NCBI GenBank assembly: GCA_934754375.1 | Contig: CAKVHT010000001.1 | Span: 152,532 to 216,531 of the forward strand | Source of the DNA: an uncultured Clostridia bacterium | Lineage (GTDB): Bacteria > Bacillota > Clostridia > Christensenellales > UBA1242 | DNA length: 64,000 bases | Direction of reading: 5' to 3' | Shown: one piece after another, positions 37,212 to 47,600 of the stretch | How the letters are laid out: each line of letters starts with the position of its first letter | How positions within the stretch are numbered: position 1 is the stretch's first letter | Program-made: the position numbers and the translations under genes | Notes under the pieces: generated by a model | What the model saw: the letters and a program-made list of their open reading frames with translations, nothing else | Told to the model about the DNA's origin: nothing | Database searches by the model: none

Positions 37212-38254
37212 TAAATAAGCCCCCAAATAAATGATGAAATAGTAATCAAAGCACCTAACACAAAGCTTGAAAGTATAAACACTTTGCTGGCAAAGTTTCT
37301 GTTTTTATCTTTTGTTTTGTTCAATTCAAAACTTTGCTTTAACACAATGTTGATTTGATTGATTTTTTCTTGTGCTTCTTCCATGGTTAAATTGTTTGCT
37401 TTTAAGTAGTTTATTATTTGGTTGATGTCAATTCTGGCACGTTCTTTCATCATGGCTTTTACAAGGCATCGGTAGCATACAATAAGCAAGAAAATCATAA
37501 GGCTTACAAAGATGACAAACAAAGCTAAATTTGTGGCAAGCATTGCTTCAAAGTTGTTGAAAAATGTTGCAATAGGCCAATTCATAAAACTGCCATAATA
37601 AAAGTAGGTTGAGAGTGCGTTGTTCATAAAATGAATAATCATGCAAGGGAATATACTGTCGCTTACAAGCCCTACATAACCAATAAAGAAGCCCAATATT
37701 GCTGCGTAGAAAAATTGATTTATATTAAGATGAATAAGGCCAAATAAAATTGAAGAGATTATTAAAGCATATCTTGGGTTTGTTTGCTTTTTGTTTGCGT
37801 GAAGCATAATGCCACGATGCAAAAACTCTTCACAAAAAGCGGGTAACAAGCAAGATAAACACAATTCTTTTAACAGAGACCAATAACTTATTGCTTCAGT
37901 TGAGGAACCTAATTTCACTTGTTCATATCCAAGCCAAGTTAAAATGCTTGAAAATGTTGATGCAACAAAGGCATTGACAATGTATAAAATAACACCCAGC
38001 AAGAAAGAGTATAATAACATTCTGCCACTTATCTTTTTAAATCCAGTATCGGCAAATGTTTGTTTTAGATTTTTGCTAACCATTAAACTGTATAACAAAA
38101 GTGGAATACCAAATATCACTACGCATTGAATCAAAAAGGCAGAAAGAAATTCATTTTTTATAAACCCAAAACCGCCCAGCATAAAAATTATCGCAACCAG
38201 TGTGATAGATATAAAATATATTAATCCGATTTTAATTATGTTTTTATTTTTCAT
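37211..38254 (-). CDS. CPBP (CAAX/Abi) family intramembrane metalloprotease, long form
   Basis: Motifs EEFLHRG, FGLIHL and HFMNNAL. There is an extra C-terminal segment with additional TMs. Confidence 0.8.
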   Translation of the reverse strand: MKNKNIIKIGLIYFISITLVAIIFMLGGFGFIKNEFLSAFLIQCVVIFGIPLLLYSLMVSKNLKQTFADTGFKKISGRMLLYSFLLGVILYIVNAFVASTFSSILTWLGYEQVKLGSSTEAISYWSLLKELCLSCLLPAFCEEFLHRGIMLHANKKQTNPRYALIISSILFGLIHLNINQFFYAAILGFFIGYVGLVSDSIFPCMIIHFMNNALSTYFYYGSFMNWPIATFFNNFEAMLATNLALFVIFVSLMIFLLIVCYRCLVKAMMKERARIDINQIINYLKANNLTMEEAQEKINQINIVLKQSFELNKTKDKNRNFASKVFILSSFVLGALITISSFIWGLI

Positions 38255-38294
38255 CTTTTATATTTTTTTTGAATATTTTTAAAATTTTTTATAA

Positions 38295-39155
38295 CTATTT
38301 TGCAAAATTTACAATAAACCAAAATACAATCATTAGAATGATTGACACAAGCAGATAAATTGCATCTTGTTTTGACAAAATCAGTTTTTGTGAATTTTTT
38401 AAAGCGAAGAATAGGATTGCACCAACAAACAATACAAAGCAAATGCCTGCTAATAAGTAAAATGTCCAATGTGAAAAATAATATCCGACACCTGCAAGGG
38501 CAAGAGAGTTGTTTATGATATGAACAATTATACAATATATTATATTGTCCTCATAAGCCATTATTACACTCAGCAATAAGCCCATAAGTAGTGGATAAAT
38601 CAATTGTTCACTTGACATGTGGTAAATGCAAAACATCAATGCGCTTACAAAAATTGCAAGTTGTTTGTTTGAATTTGCAAGGCCTTTAAATATGATTCCT
38701 CTAAAAAGCAATTCTTCGCAAATTGCTGGTATTAAAACTCTCGAAAATATTGAATAAACATACCCAACACCGGAAATTTTAATGCTTGTTGATTTTATTT
38801 TAAACAGGGTGTTGAAACTTATAACAACAGGATATAGGATAAAATAACTGGCAACTGCAACTGCGATGTACAATAGTGTCTTGTGAAATTTAACTTTGCT
38901 TGCCAATTTGTCCGTTTTTTTGTGCTTGAAAATCAAAAACACGGCAATGAATACGAAGTTCATTATAATAACGGAAATCAGATAACCTAAGTCTTTTCTT
39001 GTAAAAGTGTAAAAGGCGGAAGAATCATATCCGTTTATCTTGCAGATCAAGATGCCAATCAATGCAAAAATTATCAGCGCGATTTGAGATAAAATAAAAC
39101 TTAATACGAAGCTGATTGAACTATCTTTTACATTTAACGATTGTTTTTCTTCCAT
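38295..39155 (-). CDS. CPBP (CAAX/Abi) family intramembrane metalloprotease
   Basis: Motifs CEELLFRG, FCIYHM and HIINNSL. ATG 39155 is preferred over the TTG track start at 39185. Confidence 0.75.
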   Translation of the reverse strand: MEEKQSLNVKDSSISFVLSFILSQIALIIFALIGILICKINGYDSSAFYTFTRKDLGYLISVIIMNFVFIAVFLIFKHKKTDKLASKVKFHKTLLYIAVAVASYFILYPVVISFNTLFKIKSTSIKISGVGYVYSIFSRVLIPAICEELLFRGIIFKGLANSNKQLAIFVSALMFCIYHMSSEQLIYPLLMGLLLSVIMAYEDNIIYCIIVHIINNSLALAGVGYYFSHWTFYLLAGICFVLFVGAILFFALKNSQKLILSKQDAIYLLVSIILMIVFWFIVNFAK

Positions 39156-39252
39156 TTGCAACCTTTTAATTTGTTTATTATACAAAAAAATAACTGTTTA
39201 AGCAATTAAAATTTAAGTCGGATTTTTTATCTTTCCTTGCATATATAAGAAT

Positions 39253-39900
39253 ATGGAATTTATTATTTACAATAAAGATATGCTAAAAGCGGAATTGCTT
39301 GCAAAAAATATTGTTGTGACTGACGATTGTTGTGTTGCAGAAGGAACAAAAATTTGGAGTTGTGCATGTATTAAAGATAAAACAGTTATTGGCTCTGGTT
39401 GTGAGATTGGTTCTAACTCTGTTTTGCAAAATGCTGTGATTGGAAATGATGTTGAAATTAAATCATCTTTTTTAGAAGATTGTAAAATTGGGAATGGTTG
39501 CAAAATTGGGCCATTCGCACATATCCGTAACAATGCAACCATTGATAAAAATTGCAGGGTTGGCAATTTTGTGGAGATAAAGAACTCTCAAATAGGGGAA
39601 GATTGTAAAATGGCGCATCTTGCGTATATTGGTGATGCAGTTATTGGTGCCAATTGCAATATCGGGTGTGGTGTGATTTTTTGCAATTACAATGGGAAAA
39701 TAAAGCAAAAATCAATTTTGGGCAAAAATGTTTTTGTTGGTTCAAATACAAATTTGATAGCGCCACTTACGATTGGCGACAATGTTTATATTGCAGGTGG
39801 AAGCACAATTACGCAGGACATACATAAAGACGAATTTGCAATTGCTCGTTCACGACAAACTAACAAAACAAACTTTAAAAATCCTTATTTAGATAGATGA
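39253..39900 (+). CDS. Stand-alone left-handed beta-helix acetyltransferase equal to the C-terminal half of GlmU
   Basis: The sequence GPFAHIRNN...VGNFVEIKNS...AHLAYIGDAVIGANCNIGCGVIFCNYNGKIKQKSILG...ARSRQTNK is colinear with roughly GlmU residues 235-456 (my estimate from remembered GlmU sequences). No uridyltransferase domain is encoded upstream. Confidence 0.7.
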   Translation: MEFIIYNKDMLKAELLAKNIVVTDDCCVAEGTKIWSCACIKDKTVIGSGCEIGSNSVLQNAVIGNDVEIKSSFLEDCKIGNGCKIGPFAHIRNNATIDKNCRVGNFVEIKNSQIGEDCKMAHLAYIGDAVIGANCNIGCGVIFCNYNGKIKQKSILGKNVFVGSNTNLIAPLTIGDNVYIAGGSTITQDIHKDEFAIARSRQTNKTNFKNPYLDR

Positions 39901-40026
39901 TTTAATTGTGAAATTATTATTTAATGCGAAATCATTTATAATTGAAAACGAATAAACGATATTAGAATTTGAGAAAAATTGTCAAAAATTATAAAAAATA
40001 CCGCATTTTGCAGTATTTTTTGCTAT

Positions 40027-40584
40027 TTATTTAGATTTTTTTATAAATTTTCTATATTCCTTATAAATTTTATCTGCAATTTGTTGTTGTGTTAGGTTTG
40101 TGCTGTCTATGACCAAATCATAATTATTCATGTTTAAATTGTTGGTATTATAAATTGCTGTGTATCTATCGTTTTCTGTTTGCCATCTGTCCATCAATAA
40201 TTTTTTTGCATGTTCAATTGATGTTGCTTGTTCATTTTGTCTGGCAGCAGACAGCAATCTTTTGCTTGCCGTGTCAAGATTAACATCAATAAACACTTTA
40301 AAAGATTTTTTAACAAAATGCCAAGCAAGTCTGCTGTCAATCAGTAAATCATCATTTGCTCTAGAGATGCCTATTTGTTCAATCTTGCCGTCAATATAAT
40401 TGTCAACTTGTTTTATATCTTTATGATGCTGTTGAAATTCCAATATATTATCATATCCGCATTGCATTGCGATATCACGCATGATGTCTCCAGCACAAAG
40501 GTAATCAAAGCCATATTTTTCACATAAAATTTTGCTTGCTGCACCTTTACCACTGCAAGGCTTGCCTGTAACTGTTATAATCAT
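40027..40584 (-). CDS. Short-type cytidylate kinase family protein
   Basis: P-loop VTGKPCSGKG. The layout is Cytidylate_kin2-like. The start overlaps the divIC-like stop. Confidence 0.6.
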   Translation of the reverse strand: MIITVTGKPCSGKGAASKILCEKYGFDYLCAGDIMRDIAMQCGYDNILEFQQHHKDIKQVDNYIDGKIEQIGISRANDDLLIDSRLAWHFVKKSFKVFIDVNLDTASKRLLSAARQNEQATSIEHAKKLLMDRWQTENDRYTAIYNTNNLNMNNYDLVIDSTNLTQQQIADKIYKEYRKFIKKSK

Positions 40585-40811
40585 TATCTTTCACCTTCGG
40601 TTGTTAAATCTTTGCCATCGCCTGATGGGTTAGTGTGATTTTTGTAATAATCGTTTATGTCGGTTAATCTTGAAATTTCTTGACGTTGACTTTCAATCTG
40701 TTGTTGTTTTTTGTTTATAACCACAAGTTGCCATATTGAGATAACCAAAAACATAACAATCAACAAGATTGCTAAAGAAAAAACTAATTTAACTTTGGAG
40801 TTTGCTTTCAT
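40584..40811 (-). CDS. divIC: Septum formation initiator, FtsB/DivIC-like
   Basis: 75 aa with one TM then a coiled coil (KKQQQIESQRQEISRL). It lies downstream of yabP-yabQ, as in Bacillus. Confidence 0.5.
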   Translation of the reverse strand: MKANSKVKLVFSLAILLIVMFLVISIWQLVVINKKQQQIESQRQEISRLTDINDYYKNHTNPSGDGKDLTTEGER

Positions 40812-41154
40812 TTGTTTTTATCTTCTTTTTGTTCTTATGTTTGACAGTATTATACCATTTGTTTTGCAAAAACACAACTGAATTTATTGCCAACTTATCA
40901 AACCAAACATAGCCCAATATTGTACCAAATAATAACGATGTTGATATTTTGCCAAAATTAAAATAATTAATAAAAAATATAAAAATTATTGCAAAAATAC
41001 TAAAAAATACGCATTTTACTATGTTTTTTATGATATTTTTTGAAAAATTAAAGCAAAAAAATATTTTTATTAAATTAAAAATTAAAGCGAAAATAATTCC
41101 TAAAAATAAAAATAGTAGAAAACAATTAAGTTGATTTACAGTTAAAAAAATCAT
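40789..41154 (-). CDS. yabQ: Spore cortex biosynthesis protein YabQ-like
   Basis: Small polytopic membrane protein directly after yabP, with an ATGA overlap. Confidence 0.45.
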   Translation of the reverse strand: MIFLTVNQLNCFLLFLFLGIIFALIFNLIKIFFCFNFSKNIIKNIVKCVFFSIFAIIFIFFINYFNFGKISTSLLFGTILGYVWFDKLAINSVVFLQNKWYNTVKHKNKKKIKTNESKLQS

Positions 41155-41429
41155 TTAAAAATTTTCCTAAATAACGATTGTTTTGCATTTGATTCAACAA
41201 ATTTTAAACTGTCAATATTTCCACCGATATCCGCCTTGTTTATGGTATTGTCAAGTTTTATCAATTCAAGATTGCTACCACAAATAACCAGTCCGTTGTA
41301 TACGGTATCAAGTTGTATGAGGTCAGGTTTTAAGCTAATAACTTTGTTTACACCCGATACAGACAAATTTTTGCGATTTGTCAAAGTTATAGTTTGCTCT
41401 TTGTTTGTTTGAGTTTTGTTTTGTTCCAT
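41151..41429 (-). CDS. yabP: Sporulation protein YabP
   Basis: ITLTNRKNLSVSGVNKVISLKPDLIQLDT..GLVICGSNLELIKLD matches the YabP signature. Confidence 0.8.
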   Translation of the reverse strand: MEQNKTQTNKEQTITLTNRKNLSVSGVNKVISLKPDLIQLDTVYNGLVICGSNLELIKLDNTINKADIGGNIDSLKFVESNAKQSLFRKIFK

Positions 41430-41665
41430 AATTTTCCCTTTTTAAATTAATATTAAAACTGTCATAAAAATATGATTTTTAAGCGCATATTAAATGGCTA
41501 ATAATTTTAAAAAAAATTTGTTATTATAATTAATATAAATAATTATTAAATAAAATTTCCAATTAATTTGTTTGACAAAAAATGCCAATAAAATTTATAA
41601 TTATATCAATATCAAAAATAAAAATAATTTACTGCATTTGGGTTAAATTAATTATAGGGGAATAA

Positions 41666-44600
41666 ATGAAAAAATCTGGCAGAATAATTTGTTTAGTATT
41701 AGCACTATTTATGTGTGTGTTTTTTTCGTCATGTAAGGTTAAGTATGACAATTTAAAAATGTCTTTTTATTCCGCAACAGGAAAAGCAATAGACAGTGTT
41801 AGATTGTTAATTGATGAAAATAATACCGATAATAATTTGAATCAAACAAGGATAGCAGTTCAGTTTGATGGCATTAAGGCAAAATATATTGGTGATGTTT
41901 TGCTTTACTCTCTGCCAAGTGATTTGATTAATATTTCTAATTGCAATTTGGAGGATAATAAATATTTTGCAACAATATCAACAAATGGAGAAAGTGGAAG
42001 TGGGAAAATTTATGCCAAACATTTAACTACAGGCAAAACAAAAACTTTAAATTTGCTTGTTGATAAAAAGACAAATCAACTCACAAACCTAATTGATGAG
42101 TATGTTGTGTCCATACCTGATTCAGAACAAGATTTTTATTTTGACCCAACAGTTTTGATAAGTCAAAATGGTACAGACAAAGTTGCTTTTAAAATTGCAA
42201 CAGGCTCAAGTTTGCCAACTGGGGCAACTGCTTTGACAACTGATTTAAACGAAACTCCAGTTGTAAATGGTTTGCACTTAACCAGTTCAGTGGCACATGG
42301 AACAAGTGTTTATGTTTATCCAGTAAGTTATATGGATGGCTATGATGAAATTGATGAGTATGCAGATGCAAGGATAAAAATCAGTTTTGCAAAAGCACTT
42401 AACAATAACACATTCGTTTTGGACACTGACGATTTGCATAAGCAAGATGGTGTATTAAATTTAAATCAGCCATTCCATTTGATTGCAAAAGATACAAATC
42501 AAGCAACAGGTGGCAACTATCAATTTAACAACATCAACTTTGACTTGATGTATGTTGATGGTGCAAACCAAGCACAGAACTTGATGGGGGAAACTACATT
42601 TGCGTATCTTCAAAAATACTATAATGTAAATTGGGCAATTCCAGAAGAATTCAAAAATTTGATAGAAGTTTTTTACAACGAACATGGTCAAATTGTGATT
42701 GAAGCAAAAGACTATTCAAACAGCATTGCAAACATTCAAATCAGCCTTGAGCCAAAGGTTTGTGGTAATTTAACTTCAGTTAGCAAAACAGTGCAAATTA
42801 AATGTGATATAAAGCCAACAGAATATGAAATATATGTTCAAGGCAATCTTCAACAAAACACCGGCACAAAAAACAACTATAATATTGACCTTTATGATTA
42901 TTATCGTGCAACAGATAGTGTTTATGGTGCAAATTTTACATTTAAGCCTGTGCTTGAATATTCTTACTCGGACTTAAAAAATATTAAAATAAAACTCAAT
43001 CCAGCAGTGCTTGATGTAAAAACTGATGCAGAAGGATTAAACCCAACAGGGGTAAACATTTTGCACGGATATGAAACTTTGACAAGTTTTGCAAACAATA
43101 AATATTTGCTTCAATTCTATTTGGACGGCAAACCAATTGAATTTGAACTTGATGATGACGGCTTTGCAGTTTCTGCTGGCATAATCTATCAAGACAATTT
43201 AAAACGTGTGCAAATTAAATATACGGAAATAAGCAATAACGATGATAGCGAACCTTTAAGTTGCATTATAACAAACTATTACAGTGGAGAATTTGAATAC
43301 TTAAAATCAATTACTCCAACTCAAGCAAACATTCAATTTAACCACAAAGAAGGCATAAAAGAACTTACAGTTTATGCAGGAACGTTGACAAAAGGCGAAG
43401 GGGCAACAGAAGATAGTGTTGCAACTATAATTGATGCTGCAGAAAGGAATGTTCAAGTTGAAAATGTATATTTAAACCGTATTGATGCTAAAAACAATGT
43501 TATCTATGCAACAAATATCCGTGGGGACAAAAATAAGTTGATTAGTAAAGCAAACATTGTTGTTAAGGTTACTGGGGGGCAAGATAATCCAGTTAAATTG
43601 TTGCAAAACAAAGCAAATGATGACGGAACACAGGCATCAACTGAAATTAATTATGATTACAGCGATTCGGTGGGTGTGCCATTCAATTCTATAATACTAA
43701 AAACCGATGCAAACACTGATGTTGGATATTATCAAATTGACTTTATCTATGCAGACGAAGTTATTTATTCAATTTCATGCTTGGTTTATGAAAGGCTTGA
43801 AACTGGCGACATTGGCATAAGTGTTGAAGGTGACAATGAATTGATTTCTAATAAAAAAGACGGAGATTACATCTATTCGACATACAAGGCAGAATATATT
43901 GTTAAGGCAAATAAAAATAATAGTGTAACAGTTAAAATCAATCTGCCAAAACAATTTACATCAGACTATATTGCTGGCTACAACTTTGAATTGAATGTAG
44001 TTGATGAAACGAATCAAAATGTGGCACAAGCAACTGAATACACTGCCCAAGTTTTGGCAAACAACACAGCAGAGATAACTTTCTTAACGGGCAGTATCGT
44101 ATCCAATAAAATCGCTTACATTCAAGTTAAAATGACCGTCCAAATGCAAGAATTTATCAACATTTTAACAAAAGGCGATGTGGCAATAAGTGAAGCCAAA
44201 TATGTTAATTTCTTTGTGTTTGAAGAAATAACAAAAAAAGATGTTAAACTTAACAAAACTAACATTAATGGCTATTGGGATTCTCTTTTGAGCCCATACT
44301 ACAAACAAGACAATGACGATAAGTCAAAAGCCAATTTGCAAGTTGAGCTTTCAAACAGTTATTTGTGGAATTATGTTCAACCTCAAATTCAAGATGTTGA
44401 CTCAACAAAGATTGGTTCAAACTTGGTTCAATTGAGTGCAGATGCAATGTATAATGAAAATCAAACATACTATCTTGCAGACGGCACAGAAATTGCCCCA
44501 GCAACAGAAAATCACAATCCAACATATTTTGAAGAAAATAAAACAAAACTCCACATTTTATCTTCAAATGTATTATGGTACACAGATGTTGATTATATAT

Positions 44601-47600
44601 TGTCAACAGAACAACAATCTCAAAACGGAATTGTGCTAAAATTTGAAGGTGTCACAGGTTCAGCATCTGTTGACGTGTATGCACAAATTAAGCAGTTCAA
44701 TTTGCCGGAAATTACTTTAAAATGTCATATTGAAATAAGTTCACCAATTATCACTGATAAACTTTATGTAACAAGCGAAACAAAACAAATCACAGGTTTA
44801 AATGGCAAACGTGTTGTAAGTTTAAAAGCTGGGCAAGAATATGAAATGACAGTTGATTATTATTCAAACGAATTTGAAACCTTGCCAAGCCATGAACGTG
44901 TCATAACAAACCCAGGCTTTGTGATGTTGGTTGTGGATAAAGCAGGCAATATTCACGATAGTGTTGTGTCGGTTGACGGCAACAAATTGAGGGTTAAAGA
45001 TGATTTTACATTGACAACAGATTTGCACATAATATTGTTTGCACGTGATGCTCTTAAAGTTAAATTGCAAGATATTTCTGGTTACACTGATGAAAACTTG
45101 TCATCATATCTTATGGACGATCATTCAACTGCATATACAACAATTGATTTGATTGTTTCAAATGGATCAAGGCAAAACCCATATTCAATTTTTGATGAAC
45201 AAGATTTCACTCAAATTTATCAAGATGGTTTGGCTAAAACAAAATATTATAGGTTGATGAACAATATCTATTTGTCAGCAGTTGAACCAATTGATAATTT
45301 TAGCGGTGGGATAGACACTTACAATAACAGCACTTTCTACACAATTTACGGCGTTAAATTGAACAATAACTTGCCAAATTTGTTCACAAATTTCTCTGGG
45401 ACAATGCAAAACATCAATTTTGATGTAAAATATGGCTATAAAGACCCAACAGCAACAAATTTAGGTGTGTTTGGTGTTGTGCAAGATGAAGCGACACTCA
45501 CAAATGTAACAGCAAATGCTTATGGTACAAATATCACTTTAACAGGCAGAGAATCGGCATATATTAACTTTGGTGGTTTGGTTGGTTTAAACAAAGGTAA
45601 AATTGAATACACATCTCAATCAAGGATTGGTGCAACTTCAGACGTTGACATGGTTGCAAATTATGCATATTTTGGCGGTTTGGTTGGATCTAACCAAGGC
45701 TTGATAAAAGGTGTGACAAATTCAAGCACTGGCACTGGCGAAATAATATTTAGCAGTTATATTGAAAATCAAGGTGCGGTTGCAAATGTAAATATTTCAG
45801 CATTGGGTTTTGAATATGGCGCAGTTGGTGGCTTGGTTGGTTTAAACCAAGGCAATGTAAAAAATGCTTATGTGTCTGGCAAAATTTTGCAAAAGCAGTC
45901 TAATGAACAGAATTTGAACAATGTTGGCGGTCTGGTTGGTAAAAACTTGTTTGTTGCAAACAATGTTGAAGTTTCACTTGACGGCACAAATGTTGTAGCT
46001 TTAAACTTTGCAAACGAATTAAATGTAGATACAGCGGTAATTTCAAATGTAAAATCATCAGTTCAAATTGATGCTAACAACAACATCGGTGGCATAACTG
46101 CTGTTGATGAAAATGGAATATACACAAATTGTAAATATCAAATTTTGGCAGGTTCAAGTTTTGGCTTAACTGGTCACGATAATGTTGGTGGTATCATAGG
46201 TAATGCTAAAGATAGTATGCTTGCAAATTGCTCTGTCTATAGTTATCGTTGGGATTATAGTAATATCAATTCAATGATTTTAACTGGCACAGAAAAGGCA
46301 GATATCACAGCAAACAATTCTGTTGGTGGCTTGATAGGTTTTGCAGATTCTTCAGCATCATCGGTTGAACAAGGCAACCACAACATTGTGGCAATCAAAA
46401 ATTCAAGTGTTAATGGCTATTTGGTTGGCACACAAGCCAATGCGATTATTGGCTCAAACAACAACATTTCAACAATCCTTGATAGTTATTATTTGGGCAA
46501 TATCAGTTCAACAAATCAAGCGGTAAATTATGCACAAAACGCAAACACAAACTTTGTATTCATTTTCTCAACAAATGTAAAAAATTATTTTGCAGAAATT
46601 TCAACAGGCAGTGCCACTATCAATGAAGTTAAAGATGAAGTTGATTTAAGCAAAACGGTAGGTTATAAAGTTGAAAATCGTGAAGGTTGGAACTTTAATA
46701 AAACAATCAATGGCTCAAGCAGTTATATTGAATTTGAGTCAAAACCAATCTTTGACGTTGCACCAACATCAATTGACCTTGAATTAAAAGCAGAAAGTCA
46801 AGCAATTTATGGTGTTAAAAATTCAGCCGGAGATTATGTTAAAGGATTGATTCATCTTGAATTGTTTGACTACAACCTTGATTCAAACAGCGAAGATTAT
46901 AACAAAAATTATCAACTGCAAACAGAAAGAAACACTTATTCAATTTTGGATATTTTCAACATTATTGCAGAGCCAAAAAATTTGCTTAGCGAAGTGCGTT
47001 TAACTGCAAAATCAAGCAATTCATCAATTGTGCTTATCTCAAATGGCTATTTGATTGTGCGTGAAGCAGGTCAGGCAACTGTGACATTCTCATCTGTATT
47101 AAACAGTGCGGTAAGAACTTCAGTGATTATCAATGTTGGCAAACCAATAGGCGATAGTATTTCACTTTACTTGTCACGTGATAACTTAACAATTAATGGT
47201 GCAAGCACTGAACCTGCAACATTAAAAACAGTTGCATTAACCAAAGAAGAAGCTTTGTTATTCAACTTTTTATCATCTGGTGTTGATACAAACAATGGCT
47301 TCAATTATGTTACAAACGAACAAACATATTTGCTTGTAAATGTTGAGGTTGTGTCTGGCACATTGCCATCAGGCAAAACCATTAATGATTATTTTAAAAT
47401 TAGTGGCAAAGCATTAACTTTAGACCAGCTTGATGGTGAAGATAATCCTATAAAAGGGCAAACGACAATCAGTTATAGCACTCCATTTAGCATCAAAGCA
47501 ATTGATAAGATAGAAGATGTGTTATTCAAATTTACGATAACACCTTATATTGATATAAGTGGATATCAAAAGTTCTCAAACAAATTCATCACATTTAATG

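Noticed and set aside
38251-38535. 94-aa Cys-rich minus-strand ORF spanning the gap between the two CPBP genes
   Set aside because: It lies out of frame over the 3' end of the well-supported CPBP gene 38295..39155. It has no SD and its composition looks like a frame artefact.
39898-39900. Alternative genetic code (UGA=Trp, Mollicutes-like) suggested by AT-richness and mycoplasma-ICE-like T4SS order
   Set aside because: TGA terminates the GlmU-half ORF (39898-39900) and the LtaS-like ORF (61601-61603) at homologue-consistent ends. All long ORFs are intact under code 11. Sporulation genes argue for a walled Firmicute.
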